Origin: a virus
IMG/VR virus record: IMGVR_UViG_3300029922_000039
Length of the DNA stretch: 64,000 nt
Reading direction: 5' to 3' (one strand)
In this document: positions 1 through 8,466 of the stretch, in pieces
How the letters are laid out: each line of letters opens with the position of its first letter
Numbering within the stretch: position 1 is the first letter of the stretch
Made by a program: the position numbers and the translations under genes
The notes under the pieces: generated by a model
Told to the model about the DNA's origin: nothing
The model's database searches: none
Seen by the model: the letters and a program-made list of their open reading frames with translations, nothing else

Positions 1-109
1 ATGGAACGCCCAACTTCGCCAGCGATTCGCGGGAGAATCCTCCCTTTCGAGCCATCGCCGCTTCGACCTCCTCCGGGGCGAACTGCTTCTTGGGCTTCCA
101 CTGGTCCAT
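1..109 (-). CDS. hypothetical protein, N-terminal part only (gene runs off the left edge)
   Basis: Not in the ORF track because it is truncated. The ATG at 109 is preceded by AAAGGAAAGAGG and reads MDQWKPKKQFAPEEVEAAMARKGGFSRESLAKLGVP... An in-frame ATG at 196 is an alternative start. Confidence 0.4.
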   Translation of the reverse strand, partial: MDQWKPKKQFAPEEVEAAMARKGGFSRESLAKLGVP

Positions 110-228
110 CCTCTTTCCTTTCTGTTTTGGCGCATTCGCACTCGCAAGGCCCGTATCCACCGGTCGCCAACTGCCGCCGCCCACTGCATCGCCCATGCTT
201 GCCGTGATTACATGCGCTGCAAACGGTG

Positions 229-375
229 TCACTGTGTCTGTTCTTCCGCATCTGCCCTCGCCTGGCGACGGTCGTCGAACCAGTCTATCGTCCAGTTTAC
301 CGCGCAGAAGACGGACGCGATGAAGGTGAAGATTATGGCTCCGATGGCGTAGCCGATTAGTTTCTGGTCGGTCAT
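229..375 (-). CDS. small membrane protein (48 aa)
   Basis: Internal ATG of track ORF 229..450, forming an ATGA overlap with the upstream stop at 372. Hydrophobic helix IGYAIGAIIFTFIASVFCAV. Confidence 0.4.
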   Translation of the reverse strand: MTDQKLIGYAIGAIIFTFIASVFCAVNWTIDWFDDRRQARADAEEQTQ

Positions 376-557
376 ATTCCGTATCTCACTTTCCAAAGTG
401 CTCGCTCCAGGGTGCGCCCCTTCTGCGCAAACTCCCATCCAATCCACCACGCATCAATGAGAGGATCGCCCTCGTGGCGAAGCAGGTAAATGTACATCTC
501 GACGTCGCAGGAGAACGTCGGCGAACCCAGCATTGGCAAGGTACAGGTGTCGGTCAT
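372..557 (-). CDS. hypothetical protein (61 aa)
   Basis: Internal ATG (MTDTCTLP...) of track ORF 372..626, ATGA-coupled to the upstream stop at 554. Confidence 0.35.
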   Translation of the reverse strand: MTDTCTLPMLGSPTFSCDVEMYIYLLRHEGDPLIDAWWIGWEFAQKGRTLERALWKVRYGI

Positions 558-895
558 GGCATCACCTCGAATATCCAGCAGGCAAGATCCGGGTCGATGC
601 GGCAGTGGTACCAGTGCCGCCCCCATCCTCCGCGGTTCTCCTTAATGCAGAACTCTTTTGGATAGAGAAAGAAGTGTCCCTTGTCATGCCGCACGTAGAA
701 TCCCCCGTCTTGATCCGTTCCGGCAAAGCACTTATGCGCCTGCCTGAGAATTGAGCGCATGAAGTCTCCGGGGCGTAATAGGCCGCTTGGGGAGTTCCAG
801 AGAATGTATAGAGTGGCATTGATGACTCCGTTCTCGATGCGCTGCATTTCAAGGACTTCTCGGGAGATGTAAGAGATGCCGTAGATGTTATTCAT
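554..895 (-). CDS. hypothetical protein (113 aa)
   Basis: Internal ATG (MNNIYGISY...) of track ORF 554..928, ATGA-coupled to the DUF551 gene stop at 892. Confidence 0.5.
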   Translation of the reverse strand: MNNIYGISYISREVLEMQRIENGVINATLYILWNSPSGLLRPGDFMRSILRQAHKCFAGTDQDGGFYVRHDKGHFFLYPKEFCIKENRGGWGRHWYHCRIDPDLACWIFEVMP

Positions 896-1131
896 GATGC
901 CTCCGGTGGCTCGGGTAGATGCATCCAATAGGTGATCTCGTCTTCGCAGTGCTTATGCTGCCCGTTAGTCCAATCTTCCCATCCTTCTCCATCGCGCCAT
1001 ATGGCCATGAAAACGCATTGGTTGAAGGGGTTCCAGATGAGCACCGAAATGGAATGGCCCACTTCCCCGCGTGTATCTGGCATCTTGTCTTTGACGCTGA
1101 TCCATTTATTCACTCCGTAGATGTTGCTCAT
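892..1131 (-). CDS. DUF551-like phage protein
   Basis: 79 aa. KWISVKDKMPD ... ITYWMHLPEPPE matches the pattern I know from DUF551 phage proteins. Confidence 0.7.
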   Translation of the reverse strand: MSNIYGVNKWISVKDKMPDTRGEVGHSISVLIWNPFNQCVFMAIWRDGEGWEDWTNGQHKHCEDEITYWMHLPEPPEAS

Positions 1132-2096
1132 GACGCCTCCATCAATACAGATTCCCGGTATACCTTCTTCACTAGAGCATCGATGAATTTCGTGTCAGGA
1201 TCATTGCGTAGCGTGGAAACTTCCGAAGCTCGTTCGACATCCAAAAGAAGCCCCTCGATTTCCTCGGCGACCTTACCGTAAGGAAGAAGCCCTTTCTTGA
1301 TTGCGAGAATATGATCCCTGTTCGGAAGCGGAAAGGTGACGTTCGCGGTCATCAGAAGCTCCATAGCCTCATTCGCTACTCGGACAGCGTGCGAAAGGGC
1401 CTTCCAGTCGATTCCTTCATTGGTCTGTGCAAGCCGCGCCCGGTGGCCGTACTCGTCGTAGATGCGAGTATAGATCGACGCAGCCTCTTTGAGCGTGTTC
1501 TTGAAACCTACCATTCGGTTACAGCACTCGAAGTAGGTTTCAAACTTTCCAGGCGCTGTCTCCTTTGTGATGACTCGCGTATGCTCATCGAACAGTCCCG
1601 ACAGAAGAGGCTCAAGTTCTCCTACCTTGGCGGTTGCTCCGCTTGACCGATGATGATCTAAAAAGAACTCAGCGGCCCGCTTCGCCGCCGCCACCCGGCT
1701 CCCCTTGATGCCGTACTTGTTCGCCTGGGTCCGGCAATATCCAACGAACGCCGCAGATTTCTTTGTGAGTAGACGGTCCTTGTTGGCGCGAATCTCTTCC
1801 CATAGCGGCGTGGAGATTAGAGGACTGGGAGCGAACAGCATGTCAATGCTGACAGTCTGCCCCTCGGCTAGAAGTCCCAAATATCTCTGAAGGGAATACG
1901 CCTCATCGTCTGTATCTTGAGGCGAGTTCTTCATTCCCTCGTACCGCTTGACTTCGTGGCCAGTAGATCCCTTTACCCTCTGAAGAAGGATGTCAGAACC
2001 GCATGGTATGTACACCGATTTGTAATCGTGATCGCTGGTTTCTGTGTTGGTCCCGTACAAATGTGAGCCAAATTCAATCCTTACCACTGTGTTCAT
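1128..2096 (-). CDS. Pol-beta-superfamily nucleotidyltransferase (RlaP-like)
   Basis: 322 aa. N-terminal FGSHLYGTNTETSDHDYKSVY is the GS-x-YG...SD-x-D nucleotidyltransferase signature. The long helical C-terminal region is as in RlaP/PF10127-type proteins. Confidence 0.6.
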   Translation of the reverse strand: MNTVVRIEFGSHLYGTNTETSDHDYKSVYIPCGSDILLQRVKGSTGHEVKRYEGMKNSPQDTDDEAYSLQRYLGLLAEGQTVSIDMLFAPSPLISTPLWEEIRANKDRLLTKKSAAFVGYCRTQANKYGIKGSRVAAAKRAAEFFLDHHRSSGATAKVGELEPLLSGLFDEHTRVITKETAPGKFETYFECCNRMVGFKNTLKEAASIYTRIYDEYGHRARLAQTNEGIDWKALSHAVRVANEAMELLMTANVTFPLPNRDHILAIKKGLLPYGKVAEEIEGLLLDVERASEVSTLRNDPDTKFIDALVKKVYRESVLMEAS

Positions 2097-2611
2097 GCCG
2101 TCAATCTCCTCTCGTCGCAGTCTCGTTTGAGACTGGATTCTTCCTGATACGCCCCGCAGAAGTCCCGCATCCGCTGGCTCCAGTAGGCCGGTTCAGTATC
2201 CATCAGGGCCTTCCACCCTCCCAGGCTGCGCAACGCGCGCGCCATAGGCTCAGGAATGGCCGGGACAGGCACCTCTAGCACTTCATCTCCGCGCCGGTAC
2301 ACATAGGGCTCAAGCCGAATGCCGCCCTCTGGCGCTTCCCTGACGTGCCGCTGGACGATCTCGGTCACGGTTGCCCACGCCTTCATCGCCGGAGACGGAT
2401 CAGGGACGTGCTGAAGGCCGGCGCAATCTCTGATCCTGCTGACGGTACAATCGTAACGTCCCTTGCTGATACTGATTGCCTTCTTCACTGCCGCCAAGAA
2501 GGCTTCCGGGCCGACAGCATCCACGACCTCGGCTAGCAACTCGACTCGCAACTTCGCCGCGGCATCGGACTCCTGCTGGTTGACCGGAAACATCTCTTTC
2601 ACCATGACCAT
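2093..2611 (-). CDS. hypothetical protein
   Basis: Track ORF 2093..2782 trimmed to the first ATG downstream of the upstream gene stop (2631). The start is uncertain (2671 and 2728 are also possible). Confidence 0.5.
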   Translation of the reverse strand: MVMVKEMFPVNQQESDAAAKLRVELLAEVVDAVGPEAFLAAVKKAISISKGRYDCTVSRIRDCAGLQHVPDPSPAMKAWATVTEIVQRHVREAPEGGIRLEPYVYRRGDEVLEVPVPAIPEPMARALRSLGGWKALMDTEPAYWSQRMRDFCGAYQEESSLKRDCDERRLTA

Positions 2612-2630
2612 GCCGACTGCCGCCGTTCGC

Positions 2631-3305
2631 TTATTGGACGAGTCGCTGGGCCTGGGCGCGCTCTTGGTCATATCCGTTGACGAGTTTGCGCCGCCAGATT
2701 GCGGGGTCTTGCTCAAACCTGTGCTCATCGAAGAATCTCCTCGGACTCGGAACGTACTGCATATCGGATACCGGCCAGTCACTGACGGCCATAGCGTACA
2801 ACTGCGTGCGCGCCTTGAGTCGCCGCTCGTGGTTCTCGCGCCGCAGGCCGGGTTGGGACCGCTCCATATACTCCAGCGCCTTGTCGATCGCGCAGAGGTG
2901 CAGCGCGAAGGATGCCGGGTCGGATCCGATCGCGTCTGCCGGCGGCTGGTTGGGGTACTCGGCCAGGATCTCGATGCAGGCGCTCATCTGCGCCGGCAGT
3001 TCGCAGTCCTTGAGTTCGGGGCGCAGGTACCTCGATTGGTTCAGCCATGTAGTCATGTGCGGGATGCGTGCGCTGAGTCGGCCGTACATCTGGCGCCGGG
3101 CCTCTTCGGTCTTGATCCGCAGAAAGTCGATGGCTTCTGCCTGGGTGCGCGGCTGGCCGTCGATCTCGCCGCCGCAGATGCGCCACAGTGCCTTGTTGAT
3201 GCTCTTTAGAGCGGCTGGGCGGCCGGTCTTGCGCGGGTAGGCGTTGTAGATGGACAGCAGAACGGATTCGGGGAACTCGGCGGGCGCGTCGAAGAGGTCG
3301 GTCAT
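2631..3305 (-). CDS. conserved phage early protein (possibly replication-associated)
   Basis: 224 aa. The YPRKTGRPAALKSINKA and HMTTWLNQSRY motifs resemble a recurrent phage early-gene family. Function is not established. Confidence 0.5.
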   Translation of the reverse strand: MTDLFDAPAEFPESVLLSIYNAYPRKTGRPAALKSINKALWRICGGEIDGQPRTQAEAIDFLRIKTEEARRQMYGRLSARIPHMTTWLNQSRYLRPELKDCELPAQMSACIEILAEYPNQPPADAIGSDPASFALHLCAIDKALEYMERSQPGLRRENHERRLKARTQLYAMAVSDWPVSDMQYVPSPRRFFDEHRFEQDPAIWRRKLVNGYDQERAQAQRLVQ

Positions 3306-3514
3306 TGGATACTCTCCTTCGTAATTACTGCTCCCGGCATACGCTGCCGAAGCACCATCACCGCCAACTGTGCAGCATGATCCCTGTCGGCAATGGCCTC
3401 CGCTTCGGTGTCCCTTGCAGGGCCTTCCATGTGGTTGTTGGTCTCCGCATCATCCCAAAGGGCAAACCATTTTCCGTCGCGCTGGCCTACATTGAAATTT
3501 AGGGAGTGGATCAT
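3302..3514 (-). CDS. hypothetical protein (70 aa)
   Basis: Track ORF, with ATGA coupling at both ends. Confidence 0.5.
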   Translation of the reverse strand: MIHSLNFNVGQRDGKWFALWDDAETNNHMEGPARDTEAEAIADRDHAAQLAVMVLRQRMPGAVITKESIQ

Positions 3515-3888
3515 TTGGCATCCTGACTGCTATCGCAAATTCTGGCGATAGCCTGCTTCATCTCGAACTCGGAGATATTGCCGCCATCTTTCCTGCCAAG
3601 GAAATCGGCTTCCTGTAGGAGCTTGGTGCGGAGGTCGGTGAACGGGACGAACTTCTCCGTCTCGTATCTCTCGCGGGCGCAGCACTCGATGAAGAAAACC
3701 GAATCGTCCCATTCAGGTTCCTGCGGCTTCCTCCAGATCGGCTTTGAGCCAGTCCCCGCCGCCCAATGAATAAGCTCAGGCGTCTGAGAGCGCCGCGCGG
3801 CGTTGTTGACGATGCGGTGAATGTCCTGCATCTCGCGGTCTGTTAGTTCAACCGGGACAGCAAATTGCACTTCGATGCGGCTTATCAT
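3511..3888 (-). CDS. hypothetical protein (125 aa)
   Basis: Track ORF, translationally coupled to its neighbours. Confidence 0.55.
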   Translation of the reverse strand: MISRIEVQFAVPVELTDREMQDIHRIVNNAARRSQTPELIHWAAGTGSKPIWRKPQEPEWDDSVFFIECCARERYETEKFVPFTDLRTKLLQEADFLGRKDGGNISEFEMKQAIARICDSSQDAK

Positions 3889-4091
3889 TCGGCAATCTCC
3901 CAGTCTTCGGCTAGAATATCGTCAGTAAACATTGTGCCTATCAAGTTCTCACGGGTATCTTCATCGAGACAAACGATTTGAAACATGTTCAAGCCTTCTT
4001 CTATTTCATTACCCTGATAAAGATACCCGTCGTGGCGAGTTACGGTTCTTCCCTGCTCGATCCACTTTGCGGCCTGCTTAATGTCTGCCAT
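3885..4091 (-). CDS. hypothetical protein (68 aa)
   Basis: Track ORF. Its start directly abuts the stop of the upstream 52-aa ORF. Confidence 0.5.
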   Translation of the reverse strand: MADIKQAAKWIEQGRTVTRHDGYLYQGNEIEEGLNMFQIVCLDEDTRENLIGTMFTDDILAEDWEIAE

Positions 4092-4250
4092 CTACTTTGC
4101 CTCCTTCTTCGGGTCTGGCTTGATCCGCTCTCCGCACTTGCTGCAATAGGTTTCGCGTTCCTCGAAGTCGAACAGGATGCGTTCGCCCTCATAAATATTG
4201 CATGTGCAACTGACACATTCGCCGTTGAACTTCGCCGTCATCCAGTTCAT
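4092..4250 (-). CDS. small zinc-ribbon protein (52 aa)
   Basis: Below the track cutoff. ATG 4250 overlaps the upstream TGA (ATGA), and TAG 4092-4094 abuts the next ATG. Reads MNWMTAKFNGECVSCTCNIYEGERILFDFEERETYCSKCGERIKPDPKKEAK with CxxC...CxxC. Confidence 0.5.
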   Translation of the reverse strand: MNWMTAKFNGECVSCTCNIYEGERILFDFEERETYCSKCGERIKPDPKKEAK

Positions 4251-4858
4251 TTGGATTCTCCTCTGCACAGACTCGGCTCATCCTCGTCGCTGATCGGAGT
4301 CGGATGATTGCCGATGTTGACTATCTTGAGGATGTCGCCCTTGCTGCTGACCATCCAGAGTTCGTTCTTCGGAATGTAGGGGTTGACGCGGACCTCTTGG
4401 CCGCCGAACTTTGCCGATGCGTAGGCCGCCTGCAAGCTCTTCAGCGTGATATCGCCGCCGTTATTTGGGTAGCTACCGTCGCAGGTTGCGTCAAAGGGGT
4501 TGGATTGCGGAGCGTTCATCGCCCAAATTGGCTGCGCTCCAGTCATGCGGTCGATTGAATCGTTGATCCAATCCATCATGTTGAAGGCGGAGGCGGGGAT
4601 ATTCACCACCGGCGGCTTACCGTGGAAGTAGGGGCTGACGTACTCCGCCTCCTCCTTGCTGGCCATCTGGTAGCCACGGCATCCGCAATCTTCAGCGCAT
4701 ATGTCGCTATTGTGCATGTGACGGTCGTATCCGTGGCCGCAAATGCACTTAGCGGAAGGTGACCGCACTGTTGTTCCGGCGCTCTGCTCGTGTGGGCAGT
4801 GCGTGCTTCGGATGGACTCCTCATAGGCTACGTGGCACACTCCGCACTCGACGATCAT
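4247..4858 (-). CDS. hypothetical Cys/His-rich protein (203 aa)
   Basis: Track ORF. The N-terminal 65 aa are rich in C/H pairs (CGVCH, CPHE, CICGHG, CAEDCGC). Confidence 0.55.
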   Translation of the reverse strand: MIVECGVCHVAYEESIRSTHCPHEQSAGTTVRSPSAKCICGHGYDRHMHNSDICAEDCGCRGYQMASKEEAEYVSPYFHGKPPVVNIPASAFNMMDWINDSIDRMTGAQPIWAMNAPQSNPFDATCDGSYPNNGGDITLKSLQAAYASAKFGGQEVRVNPYIPKNELWMVSSKGDILKIVNIGNHPTPISDEDEPSLCRGESK

Positions 4859-5064
4859 TCCGCCTCCCAGTCTGTTGGCTTAACGGAGCACTGCTTCGAT
4901 AGAACCGGCGCTTCCGTTTCCACTTCGTAGGACTCAGTAGCGCAATCGGAATCGCCGCCGCCCATGCAGAACGCCTGCGCCACCTCGTCTTTCTCGGTCG
5001 CGCCGAGGATGAAAAATCCGTTGCCGTCATAGTACCGCTTGATCAGAATGTGGACTATGCTCAT
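4855..5064 (-). CDS. hypothetical protein (69 aa)
   Basis: Internal ATG (MSIVHILIK...) of track ORF 4855..5091, ATGA-coupled to the stop at 5061. Confidence 0.45.
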   Translation of the reverse strand: MSIVHILIKRYYDGNGFFILGATEKDEVAQAFCMGGGDSDCATESYEVETEAPVLSKQCSVKPTDWEAE

Positions 5065-5357
5065 TCCGCCTCCTCCTGATTTTCGTCCCACTCGTCTTCG
5101 TCCCAGGCGGGGATGAACGCCTTCTCGCGGCGCTCCTCGATGGGTTCATCGTGCCCTTTGCCGCTGGGCCTGTAGCCAACGGTTACCGTCATGTAGATCA
5201 CCCAGCCGTTGCGCTCTCCGCTGAACTCAATCTCGATGTCGTTGGCCGCGCGGACGTGCATGAGGGCGATGGTCAGGCAATCCAGCGGCTCCTCTTTGTA
5301 GATGTTCGGATACATCCAGTCTACGGTGGCGCTTTTCTTCACTTCGATGGATTTCAT
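5061..5357 (-). CDS. hypothetical protein (98 aa), acidic C-terminus
   Basis: Track ORF. Confidence 0.5.
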   Translation of the reverse strand: MKSIEVKKSATVDWMYPNIYKEEPLDCLTIALMHVRAANDIEIEFSGERNGWVIYMTVTVGYRPSGKGHDEPIEERREKAFIPAWDEDEWDENQEEAE

Positions 5358-5635
5358 TCCGCCTCCGGAATGCCGAGCTTGGCGACATTATTTGCGGTCA
5401 TGCTAGATTCCGCATACATCATTCCTGATAGCGCCGCCATCGCGAACTGGTCGCGGAGGGTCGCTTGCGGATCCATGACGGTTAACTTACCGCCGGCAGG
5501 GAATACCATGTCTTCCATGTGGTAGAACTTCGCGTTGCAAGTTCCACACGCCCACTCGCCGCTCCAGCTTACGCCATCGACTTCGTATTTCCGATAAACC
5601 TTCGGATGAACACAGACATCTTGTTTTTCGCTCAT
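5354..5635 (-). CDS. hypothetical protein (93 aa)
   Basis: Internal ATG (MSEKQDVCVHPK...) of track ORF 5354..5722, in a TAATG overlap with the upstream stop at 5635. Confidence 0.5.
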   Translation of the reverse strand: MSEKQDVCVHPKVYRKYEVDGVSWSGEWACGTCNAKFYHMEDMVFPAGGKLTVMDPQATLRDQFAMAALSGMMYAESSMTANNVAKLGIPEAE

Positions 5636-5925
5636 TATGCCTCCATGTACTTGTGCATCATTGCGCTGTGAAATTCTCCGTTTTCCTCGACAGTATCCGG
5701 CACGAGGAAGACTTCCTGACACTCATTGCACTTGTATCCAACGAAGTATCCCACGCCATTCTTTTCAAGGTAGAAGTATCCGTGGATGCGGTGCTGACTG
5801 GTGTACCAGACACGAGTCGTGACGACCGGGTAAACTATCTCCACGGAGAGGGGATCGAAGTTGAACGCCCCATCCGTCATTTTCGTCAAGCGCAGCATGT
5901 TGATTGCCTGCGGGAAGTTGTGCAT
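5635..5925 (-). CDS. hypothetical protein (96 aa)
   Basis: Internal ATG (MHNFPQAINML...) of track ORF 5635..6411. The longer version would overlap the integrase gene in another frame. Confidence 0.5.
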   Translation of the reverse strand: MHNFPQAINMLRLTKMTDGAFNFDPLSVEIVYPVVTTRVWYTSQHRIHGYFYLEKNGVGYFVGYKCNECQEVFLVPDTVEENGEFHSAMMHKYMEA

Positions 5926-5942
5926 CGCTGGTTTCGGTTCGC

Positions 5943-7097
5943 TCAAGATACCTTTCTCCACGGAAGCACGCGCACGATCTGCTCGTTTGCGGGCCTCGTC
6001 TGTTCCAGGTTGTCGTTGCCGCCGTAAGTGTCGATGGTCGTCGCGATGCGGGAGTGGCGCATTAAATTGCGCTGAGTCTCCATCGGTAGGCCTATTTGCT
6101 TCTGAATAGCGCGGTTCAGATGCCTCAAGGAATGCCATCCAAGCCCCGAAGCGCCAATCCTCGCCCCGGCTGGCTTCAGGTACTCTTCCCTCAACGGATC
6201 TCTGTCGTAGGGCCTCCCCGTCCGCTCCGAGCCGAAGATCCAGTCGCCGATAACCGGCCGGTAAGCGCGCCACTCGCGCAGGAGGTCCACCAGATTCTGA
6301 TGCAGAGGTAACACCTGCCGGGAGCCCTCCGTCTTCACGTTGTTTGTCTCCCCGCCGATCACGCCGCGCTCGATGGAGATAGTGTTGGCCTCGAAGTCGA
6401 GATCCTTCCACTGGAGCCCCAGCGTCTCCGAGATGCGCAGTCCGAGCGCAGCGGTCACCTGAATGATGACCTTGACCAGTTCCGGAAGTTCTGGATCGTC
6501 GAGCAATGCTTGGTACCGCGGGATGGTCAGGATGACAATCTCCTTGGCGCGTGCGCTCGATCCCTTGAGCTTCACCACCTCCACCGGGTTGCGCTGCATC
6601 TGGATCACCTTCCAGAGCATTGCCTTCTCTATCAGGAGGTGGAGCAGGGCCTTCACCTGGGCCTTGTAGAGTCCAGACAGAGGCTTCGCGGGCGCACGCT
6701 TCGGGCGCTGTCTGACCGTGGTCAGGCCCTCCAGCCAGTTCTGGACCTGAACCATATCCAGCGTGAACTTGTCGATGCGCGTACTACCCCAGGCTTCTCG
6801 GATGCGCGACAGGATGGACTTGTAGGAGTTGGCGGTGGACTTCCGATCAGGCATCGCTTCGCGCAGGAAGCGGTCCACCAGGTCGGCCATCGTCACGCAC
6901 TCGGAGGTCGGCCCGTTGATGATCGACATCATGCGCTCGGCGGCCCGTATCGCGTCGGCTTTGTCGGGGTACTGGCGCTGCGTCCCGATGAAGTCGGAGA
7001 ACTGCTTCCCGTCGCGCCGGTAGCGCAACCTCCATACCGGACCCGACTTGAGGGATATGAGGGTTACTGAGCCGTGCTGATAGCTGTTTTTGGGCAT
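5943..7097 (-). CDS. int: tyrosine recombinase / phage integrase
   Basis: 384 aa. N-terminal arm-type domain (VWRLRYRRDGKQ). C-terminal catalytic signature LRISE...HSLRH...LMRHSRIATTIDTYGG (R..HxxR..Y). Confidence 0.9.
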   Translation of the reverse strand: MPKNSYQHGSVTLISLKSGPVWRLRYRRDGKQFSDFIGTQRQYPDKADAIRAAERMMSIINGPTSECVTMADLVDRFLREAMPDRKSTANSYKSILSRIREAWGSTRIDKFTLDMVQVQNWLEGLTTVRQRPKRAPAKPLSGLYKAQVKALLHLLIEKAMLWKVIQMQRNPVEVVKLKGSSARAKEIVILTIPRYQALLDDPELPELVKVIIQVTAALGLRISETLGLQWKDLDFEANTISIERGVIGGETNNVKTEGSRQVLPLHQNLVDLLREWRAYRPVIGDWIFGSERTGRPYDRDPLREEYLKPAGARIGASGLGWHSLRHLNRAIQKQIGLPMETQRNLMRHSRIATTIDTYGGNDNLEQTRPANEQIVRVLPWRKVS

Positions 7098-7121
7098 CGC
7101 TTACCTTTCCTTTCACGAATC

Positions 7122-7156
7122 ACAATACACGGAGGATGAGACATTTTGCAAGCGTT
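7122..7156 (-). promoter_or_regulatory. candidate integrase promoter with AACGCTTGCAA box
   Basis: The minus strand reads AACGCTTGCAA (7156-7146), then 18 nt, then TATTGT (7127-7122), then GAAAGGAAAGG and ATG 7097. Confidence 0.45.
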
Positions 7157-7161
7157 AAAGC

Positions 7162-7192
7162 AGGTGACGTAGCGTATATCGCTACGTTACCT
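7162..7192. repeat. 31-bp near-perfect palindrome (terminator and/or recombinase/regulator site)
   Basis: AGGTGACGTAGCG-TATAT-CGCTACGTTACCT: 13-bp arms with one G:T mismatch and an AT-rich centre. It overlaps the ASCH stop codon at 7187-7189. Confidence 0.6.
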
Positions 7193-7594
7193 ACCTAAAA
7201 GCTCATCCGGCACATCGAAGAAGCCAGGAGCGCCCTTGAACGGAATCCTGTGTTCCAGATCGAACAAGATAGGATCACGGAGCACAAATCCGAACTTACC
7301 GACAAAGAATGCACTCGGATGTTCGGTCACACAGTCCACGATCTCAACAGAGCCGACAATCAATCCGCCCGTCTCGCGAAGAAGAGAAAAGCTCGGATCA
7401 GGCCAGTCCAACCCGTCTTTCCTAACCATCGCCCTGATGCTCTCGTAGTCAAAGTCGATCTCCGTCCGATTCCACCATTTGCTTGCGTGGAGTAGAAATC
7501 GCCCCCGGAACTTCGTAGACCAATCCCGGTTCTCGACGGGCTTTCCATGGATGATCGCCCACCACCACGGCGCTCTTACGCTCAAAGCTTTCAT
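7187..7594 (-). CDS. ASCH-domain protein
   Basis: MKALSVRAPWWWAIIHGKPVENRDWSTKFRGRFLLHA matches the ASCH-domain N-terminal pattern. ATG 7594 is preceded by AGAAGGA. The track start at 7618 is a GTG. Confidence 0.65.
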   Translation of the reverse strand: MKALSVRAPWWWAIIHGKPVENRDWSTKFRGRFLLHASKWWNRTEIDFDYESIRAMVRKDGLDWPDPSFSLLRETGGLIVGSVEIVDCVTEHPSAFFVGKFGFVLRDPILFDLEHRIPFKGAPGFFDVPDELLGR

Positions 7595-7644
7595 CAAGAT
7601 CCTTCTTTCTCTTGGCACCGTGGCGCCTATTCAGCGACGACTGC

Positions 7645-7676
7645 GTGGGCGGCAGATCAAATGAGAAGCCGCCCAC
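7645..7676 (-). terminator. GC-rich hairpin after gene 7685..8122
   Basis: GTGGGCGGC (7645-7653) pairs with GCCGCCCAC (7668-7676): a 9-bp stem with a 14-nt loop and no U-tract. Confidence 0.3.
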
Positions 7677-7684
7677 ATATTGAG

Positions 7685-8122
7685 TCAGTCGGCGCCAATC
7701 TCGGCCAGAGCCTCACGCCAGACGGAGAGCTTAAATTCCGCCTCCGCCAAGGTCCGCTGGTACGTGCCGATGATGCGCTTGATCTCGTCGATATTCTTGG
7801 CGAGTTCAGCCTCGCGCTCTTGGTACCGCTGCGCCAATTTCGCCACAGTGGTCCTCTGCTTCTTCTCGGTGGGCTCGGATGCAGGAGCAGGGCTCACGCC
7901 AAGCGCCTGATCCAAGGGGAGGTTTGTAACTGCGGGGTGCTCGACAGCGAACATTGCCGCCACTCTCTTGGACGCGGCATCAACTGATTCCGCGTCCAGC
8001 TTCTCTGTGTTGAAATCTGTGCTTGCCATATTTCCTTTCATCGGGCGACTAGATTTCTGCCGCTCCTCGTCTAAAACTCGTTGATGGTATGCTTCCAATT
8101 CCCGCGGTCCTGACTTTGGCAT
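7685..8122 (-). CDS. hypothetical coiled-coil protein (145 aa)
   Basis: Track ORF, with GAAGGA upstream of the ATG. Confidence 0.55.
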   Translation of the reverse strand: MPKSGPRELEAYHQRVLDEERQKSSRPMKGNMASTDFNTEKLDAESVDAASKRVAAMFAVEHPAVTNLPLDQALGVSPAPASEPTEKKQRTTVAKLAQRYQEREAELAKNIDEIKRIIGTYQRTLAEAEFKLSVWREALAEIGAD

Positions 8123-8176
8123 GGGTCGTGTCCTTCAGGGCAGCCGTGATTCGCCAACGACTGCCCCTGCCGGCGA

Positions 8177-8437
8177 CTAGCTGATGCGCCAGATGCGGAT
8201 GACGCCCTCTTCCTTGATGGTGCGCGAGGTGAACTTCACGCCGGGGTGCTTCTTCTGGTATGCCGCGCGTGCGCCGCCCAGGTTGCCGAGCATCTTCTTG
8301 TCAACGTTGGGGGCCGCAAAGCTGTCGCCGACTTCCATCTGCGCAAAAATAGGATACTTCGACTCGACGGGTACGCGCTGGCTGAATGGAGAAATCTTCT
8401 CGGGGATATAAACCCCTTTTTCGATCACAAAGTCCAT
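8177..8437 (-). CDS. hypothetical protein (86 aa)
   Basis: Track ORF. The KYPF..MEVGDSF...IRIWRI pattern looks like a conserved small phage protein of unknown function. Confidence 0.55.
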   Translation of the reverse strand: MDFVIEKGVYIPEKISPFSQRVPVESKYPIFAQMEVGDSFAAPNVDKKMLGNLGGARAAYQKKHPGVKFTSRTIKEEGVIRIWRIS

Positions 8438-8466
8438 GGTTCCTTCTTTCGTGGTTGTGCTGATTT

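Noticed and set aside
5635-6411. A 258-aa minus-strand ORF overlapping the 3' third of the integrase gene.
   Set aside because: Its first 162 codons overlap int in another frame and translate to R/G/D-rich junk. Only the part from ATG 5925 is kept.
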